A stretch of DNA of 64,000 nt from Vicinamibacteria bacterium (GTDB lineage: Bacteria > Acidobacteriota > Vicinamibacteria > Vicinamibacterales > JAENWD01), in assembly GCA_963796915.1 (NCBI GenBank), contig CAWCNI010000002.1, forward strand, positions 198,126 through 262,125, written 5' to 3'. A model generated the notes under the pieces. The model searched no databases. It saw only the letters and a list, made by a program, of their open reading frames with translations, and was not told where the DNA came from. Numbering within the stretch: the first letter of the stretch is position 1; the number at the start of each line of letters is the position of its first letter. The position numbers and the translations under genes were made by a program. Of the stretch, positions 60,078-64,000 are shown piece by piece.

Positions 60078-60102
60078 ATCGAGAGAGCAGGAACAGACCC
60101 CG

Positions 60103-62076
60103 ATGAGCCATCACGAACATCGCGCCGCGCCCACCCCTGCTGCTGACGCCGCCGCTGGCCGCGAGGAACGCCAGTATCTCGTCGAGCGCGTCGCGGATGC
60201 GGCGATCGTGCAGATTTATGCCGACGGCTTCGAGGCCCTGCCCCTGAACGCCCGGATTCTCTGCTGGCACCTGTCGCAGGCCGCGCTCGCCGGGCGCGAC
60301 ATCTACTACGATCAGCGCTACGTCCACAACCTCCAGATGCGGCGGCTGCTCGAAGCGATCGTCACGCATCCCGGCACGACACCGGCCGCCGTTCTCGGCG
60401 CGATCACGCAATACACGAAGCTGTTCTGGATTCACACGGGCCCGTTCAACAACCTCACCGCGCGCAAGTTCGTCCTGACGTGCACGCCGGACGAGCTCGA
60501 GGCCGCGGCGCACGCCGCCGTGAACGCCGGCGCCGCGTTGCCGCTCGCCGAGGGCGAATCGACGGCGGACCTGATGTCCAGGCTGCGGCCGGCATTCTTC
60601 GATCGCGACGTCGATCCAATTGTCACGAACAAGACGCCCGGCACGGGCCGCGACATCCTGGAAACGAGCGCGAACAACCTGTACGTGGACGTCGCGATGA
60701 AGGACCTCGAGGGCTTCGACGAGCGCTATGGCCTGAACTCTCGTCTGGTGAAACGGAACGGCCAGCTCGAGGAGGAGGTCTACCGAATCGGCGGACGTTA
60801 CAGCGTCGAGATCACTCGCATCGTGAGTCATCTCGAGGCGGCGGTGCCGTTTGCGACGCCGTCGATGGCAGCGGCGCTCGAGGCGCTGATCCGGTTCTAT
60901 CGAACTGGCGAAGCGGACGACAGGCGGACGTACGACATCGCATGGGTCGCCGACCAGCACTCCGCCGTGGACACGATGAACGGCTTCATCGAGGTCTACA
61001 TGGATGCGCGTGGCGTGAAGGGCGCGTGGGAGGCGATGGTCTACTACGTGCATCCTGGCAAGACGGCGCACGCCGAGGCGATTGCGACCCACGCCCAGTG
61101 GTTCGAGAACCGCATGCCCTGGGATCCCCGGTACCGCAAGCCGCGCGTCACGGGGGTGACCGCACGCGCCATAGAAGTAGTGATTGAAACAGGCGACTCA
61201 GGCCCGATGACACCGATCGGGGTGAACCTGCCGAACGACCAGGAGGTCCGCGAGACGTTCGGCAGCAAGTCGGTGTCGCTCAGCAACGTCACCGAGGCCT
61301 ACGAGCGATCGACGCCGCGCAGCTACCGCCAGGAGTTCGCGTGGAGCCAGGCGGAGGTGGATCGCGCCGAGCGGTGGGCAGCGTTTGCCGGCGAGCTCAC
61401 GACCAACCTTCACGAGATCATCGGCCACGGCTCCGGCCTGGTGTCTCCGGCGCTGAACGGCGCCCCGGAGAAGGCGCTCAAGGAGCACTTCTCGGCGATC
61501 GAGGAGGCCCGTGCCGATCTCGTCGCGCTCTATTTCGTGGCCGACCCGTACCTCGCGGAGATCGGCGTCGTGCCGGCAGAGGACCACCAGGACATCATCC
61601 TCGCCGAGTACGAAGCCTATGCCCGCAACGCGCTCGTGCAGCTGCGTCGCATCAGGGAAGGGTCCCAGATCGAAGAGGACCACATGCGCAACCGGCAGCT
61701 GATCGTCCACTGGCTGCTGGCGCATACGACCGCCATCGAGATCGCCCGCCGCGAGGGCAAGACGTTCTACAGCCTCGTCGACCGCGACGCGTTTCGCGCG
61801 GGCGTCGCCACGCTGCTCGCCGAAGTGCAGCGCATCAAGGCCGAAGGCGACTATGCCGCGGCCAGCCGGCTGCTCGACACGTACGGCGTGCACTTCGATC
61901 CGGAGCTGCGCGACGAAGTGGTCGCCCGCGTGGACGCGCTCGACTTGCCGTCCTACACGGCGTTCGTCATGCCCAAGCTGGATCCCGTCCGCGACGCAGC
62001 CGGCACGATCGTGGACGTCAGCATCAGCTACCCGCTCGACTTCGCGACGCAGATGCTCGAGTACGGGCGGTTCTAG
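60103..62076 (+). CDS. M49-family peptidase (dipeptidyl-peptidase III-like)
   Basis: ATG 60103 inside ORF 60028..62076. HEIIGHG (HExxGH) and EEARAD second zinc motif. Confidence 0.85.
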   Translation: MSHHEHRAAPTPAADAAAGREERQYLVERVADAAIVQIYADGFEALPLNARILCWHLSQAALAGRDIYYDQRYVHNLQMRRLLEAIVTHPGTTPAAVLGAITQYTKLFWIHTGPFNNLTARKFVLTCTPDELEAAAHAAVNAGAALPLAEGESTADLMSRLRPAFFDRDVDPIVTNKTPGTGRDILETSANNLYVDVAMKDLEGFDERYGLNSRLVKRNGQLEEEVYRIGGRYSVEITRIVSHLEAAVPFATPSMAAALEALIRFYRTGEADDRRTYDIAWVADQHSAVDTMNGFIEVYMDARGVKGAWEAMVYYVHPGKTAHAEAIATHAQWFENRMPWDPRYRKPRVTGVTARAIEVVIETGDSGPMTPIGVNLPNDQEVRETFGSKSVSLSNVTEAYERSTPRSYRQEFAWSQAEVDRAERWAAFAGELTTNLHEIIGHGSGLVSPALNGAPEKALKEHFSAIEEARADLVALYFVADPYLAEIGVVPAEDHQDIILAEYEAYARNALVQLRRIREGSQIEEDHMRNRQLIVHWLLAHTTAIEIARREGKTFYSLVDRDAFRAGVATLLAEVQRIKAEGDYAAASRLLDTYGVHFDPELRDEVVARVDALDLPSYTAFVMPKLDPVRDAAGTIVDVSISYPLDFATQMLEYGRF

Positions 62077-62158
62077 CCCCACGGGCTGCTCCAGTGGTCC
62101 GACCGCCACGCGGCGTCGCTACCCCTGCGGCGGCGACGTGCTACAACTGAGCCTGTCC

Positions 62159-63328
62159 ATGTTTTCTTCGCGCGTCCCGGGTGACCTGTCGCCGAACACG
62201 CTGGCCGCCGCCATCGAACGCATGCGGCTGTCGGGCCAGCCGTTCGCCGACCTCACGGAATCGAACCCGACGGCTGCCGGCCTCGACTACCCCGCCGCGC
62301 TCCTCGCGAGCCTCGCCAGCGCGGAAGGGCTTCGCTACGAGCCGCAGCCGTTTGGCCTCGCGTGCGCCCGCGCCGCGGTGGCGGCCGACTACGCCCGACG
62401 CGGGCTGGACGTGCCCGCTGCCCACGTCGTGCTCACCGCGAGCAGCAGCGAGAGCTACGCGCTGCTGTTCAAGCTGCTATGCGATCCCGGCGATTCCGTC
62501 CTGGTGCCCACGCCAAGTTATCCGCTGTTCGAGCACCTGACGCGGCTCGAGAGCGTGCAGGCCCGTCCGTACGCCACGCACTATCACGGCGCATGGAGCA
62601 TCGATCTGGACGACCTGCGCCGCGCGATCACCGACACCACTCGCGCCGTGCTCGTCGTCAGTCCCAACAACCCCACCGGCGGCTGGTTGAAGCGCGACGA
62701 GCTGACAGCACTGGCGGAGTTGTGCGATCGGCACGGTCTCGCGTTGATCGGCGACGAGGTGTTCGCCGACTATCCCATCGACCAGGCCGACGGGCCCGCG
62801 CGATCGGTGATCGACCAGGACCAGGTGCTGGCCATCAGTCTTGGCGGACTATCGAAGTCAGTGGGCCTGCCGCAGCTCAAGCTCGGATGGATGGCGCTGC
62901 GCGGCCCTGGGGCCGCGCTCGACGGCGCGCTCGCGCGGCTGGAGCTGATTGCCGACACCTACCTGTCTGTGGGCACACCGGTCCAGGTCGCCGCGCACCA
63001 ACTGCTGACAAACGGGCTCGTCGTGCGCCAGCAGATTCTCGACCGCGTGAGGGCCAACTATCGGACGCTGATCGGCGCCGCCGCGCCAATGGCGGCGTGT
63101 GAGGTGCTGCGGGCGGAAGGCGGCTGGTCGGCGGTGATCCGCATTCCGCACACGGTGCCTGAAGACGAGCAGGTCATTGGCCTGCTCGAGCGGGAGCGCG
63201 TGCTCGTGCATCCCGGCTTCTTCTTCGACTTCCCGCGCGGCGGGTACCTTGTCGTCAGCCTGCTCACGGATCCCGACGTGTTCGGCCCGGCTGTCGATCG
63301 GCTCCTCGCGGCAGTGGGCCGCGGCTGA
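62159..63328 (+). CDS. class I/II PLP-dependent aminotransferase
   Basis: ATG 62159 inside ORF 61853..63328. VVSPNNPTG and a GGLSKSVGLP lysine context. Confidence 0.85.
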   Translation: MFSSRVPGDLSPNTLAAAIERMRLSGQPFADLTESNPTAAGLDYPAALLASLASAEGLRYEPQPFGLACARAAVAADYARRGLDVPAAHVVLTASSSESYALLFKLLCDPGDSVLVPTPSYPLFEHLTRLESVQARPYATHYHGAWSIDLDDLRRAITDTTRAVLVVSPNNPTGGWLKRDELTALAELCDRHGLALIGDEVFADYPIDQADGPARSVIDQDQVLAISLGGLSKSVGLPQLKLGWMALRGPGAALDGALARLELIADTYLSVGTPVQVAAHQLLTNGLVVRQQILDRVRANYRTLIGAAAPMAACEVLRAEGGWSAVIRIPHTVPEDEQVIGLLERERVLVHPGFFFDFPRGGYLVVSLLTDPDVFGPAVDRLLAAVGRG

Positions 63329-63336
63329 CGCGCGCC

Positions 63337-64000
63337 ATGCCTACACGTCCTCATCTCGGCCGCGCGGCCGGCCTCGTGCTCCCGTTGTTCTCGCTCCGGT
63401 CGTCACGCGACTGGGGGATCGGTGAGATCGGCGACATGCCGGCGTTCGGCGAGTGGCTGCGCGCGGCCGGGTTCTCGGCGCTGCAGTTGTTGCCGGTGAG
63501 CACGCTGCCGCCGGGCGAGGCGTCGCCATACTCGGCGTTGAGCGCCATGGCCATCGACCCGAGCTACATCTCGATGGCGGACGTGCACGACTTCCAGGCT
63601 CTTGGCGGCGACGTCAGGCTGCCCCTGGCCGATCAGATCGCGCTCAGAACCGCGCGCGCGGCGCCACGGGTCTCCTACCCGCTCGTCCGTCAGGTCAAGG
63701 AGTCTGCGCTGCGCCTGGCGTTCAGCCTGTTCTACGACGTGGACTGGGTCCGCGGCACAGCGCGCGCCGGGTCGTTCGCGGCATTTGCCTCGTGGGAAGA
63801 CTGGTGGCTTGGCGACTACGCGCTCTATTGCGCGCTGCGCGCCGCGCACGGCGGACGTCCCTGGACCGAGTGGCCGGCCGAGGTTCGCGATCGGAATCCC
63901 GATGCTCTGGCCGACGCGCGCGAGAAGCTCGACGGGGAGATCCTCTTCCATCAGTACACCCAGTGGCTGGCGGACGAGCAGTGGGCGGCTGCACGCGAAG
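63337..64000 (+). CDS. malQ: 4-alpha-glucanotransferase (amylomaltase, GH77), N-terminal part, runs off the right edge
   Basis: Absent from the ORF track (no stop). From ATG 63337: MPTRPHLGRAAGLVLPLFSLRSSRDWGIGEIGDMPAFGEWLRAAGFSALQLLPV...SPYSALSAMAIDPSYI. Confidence 0.85.
   Translation, partial: MPTRPHLGRAAGLVLPLFSLRSSRDWGIGEIGDMPAFGEWLRAAGFSALQLLPVSTLPPGEASPYSALSAMAIDPSYISMADVHDFQALGGDVRLPLADQIALRTARAAPRVSYPLVRQVKESALRLAFSLFYDVDWVRGTARAGSFAAFASWEDWWLGDYALYCALRAAHGGRPWTEWPAEVRDRNPDALADAREKLDGEILFHQYTQWLADEQWAAARE

Overview
This is a GC-rich bacterial chromosomal window. The gene content suggests an Acidobacteriota-like organism: CarboxypepD_reg-type TonB-dependent receptors without SusD partners, a VWFA protein of the acidobacterial type, and many exported peptidases. 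That assignment is inference only. I can support about 45 protein-coding genes. I saw no rRNA, tRNA, CRISPR array, cas gene, integrase, transposase or prophage module.

Layout, left to right:
- 1-13.5 kb: nuoG 5' end, M1 aminopeptidase, SpoIIE/PP2C phosphatase, a heavily frameshifted kbl, two tandem GT-C-like membrane protein paralogs, an aminotransferase, and VWFA plus OmpA-like lipoproteins.
- 13.8-20.3 kb: a TonB-dependent receptor, a Gly/Gln-rich secreted protein, and a divergent histidine kinase / OmpR-type regulator pair.
- 20.8-25.8 kb: a Tat-signal class V PLP enzyme, a large Ser/Thr kinase and an SDR.
- 26-49 kb: a putative glycan / sugar-acid utilisation locus. It holds a TonB receptor, two paralogous ~690-aa putative glycosidases, an enolase-superfamily dehydratase, two SDRs, an SMP-30 lactonase, a ceramidase-like protein, two DMT transporters, a GntR regulator, an FAD/Fe-S lactate-type dehydrogenase, a GH38-like giant protein and a mutarotase-like protein.
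- 49-64 kb: adk-like kinase, MTHFR-like protein, DPP4, DinB, an esterase, a MerR plus VIT-vWA operon, a beta-CASP RNase, an M49 peptidase, an aminotransferase and the malQ 5' end.

Most notable non-genic or unusual signals:
1. Frameshifts are concentrated in four genes. kbl needs about nine frame changes although every segment looks pristine.
2. A REP/REPIN-like palindrome family (GTAG head plus GGCCGATC hairpin) has two inverted copies bracketing four internal direct repeats, and a third copy 45 kb away.
3. An identical 17-nt AT-rich box lies in two promoters of the sugar locus, and a related perfect palindrome lies in a third.
4. A textbook MerR-type promoter (palindrome inside an overlong -35/-10 spacer) sits in front of the merR / VIT-vWA pair.
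5. A G-free heptamer tandem repeat of about 100 bp lies inside an unusually long (455 bp) convergent intergenic region.

I did not find a clear novel multi-gene system such as a defence island. The candidates above are what I would follow up.
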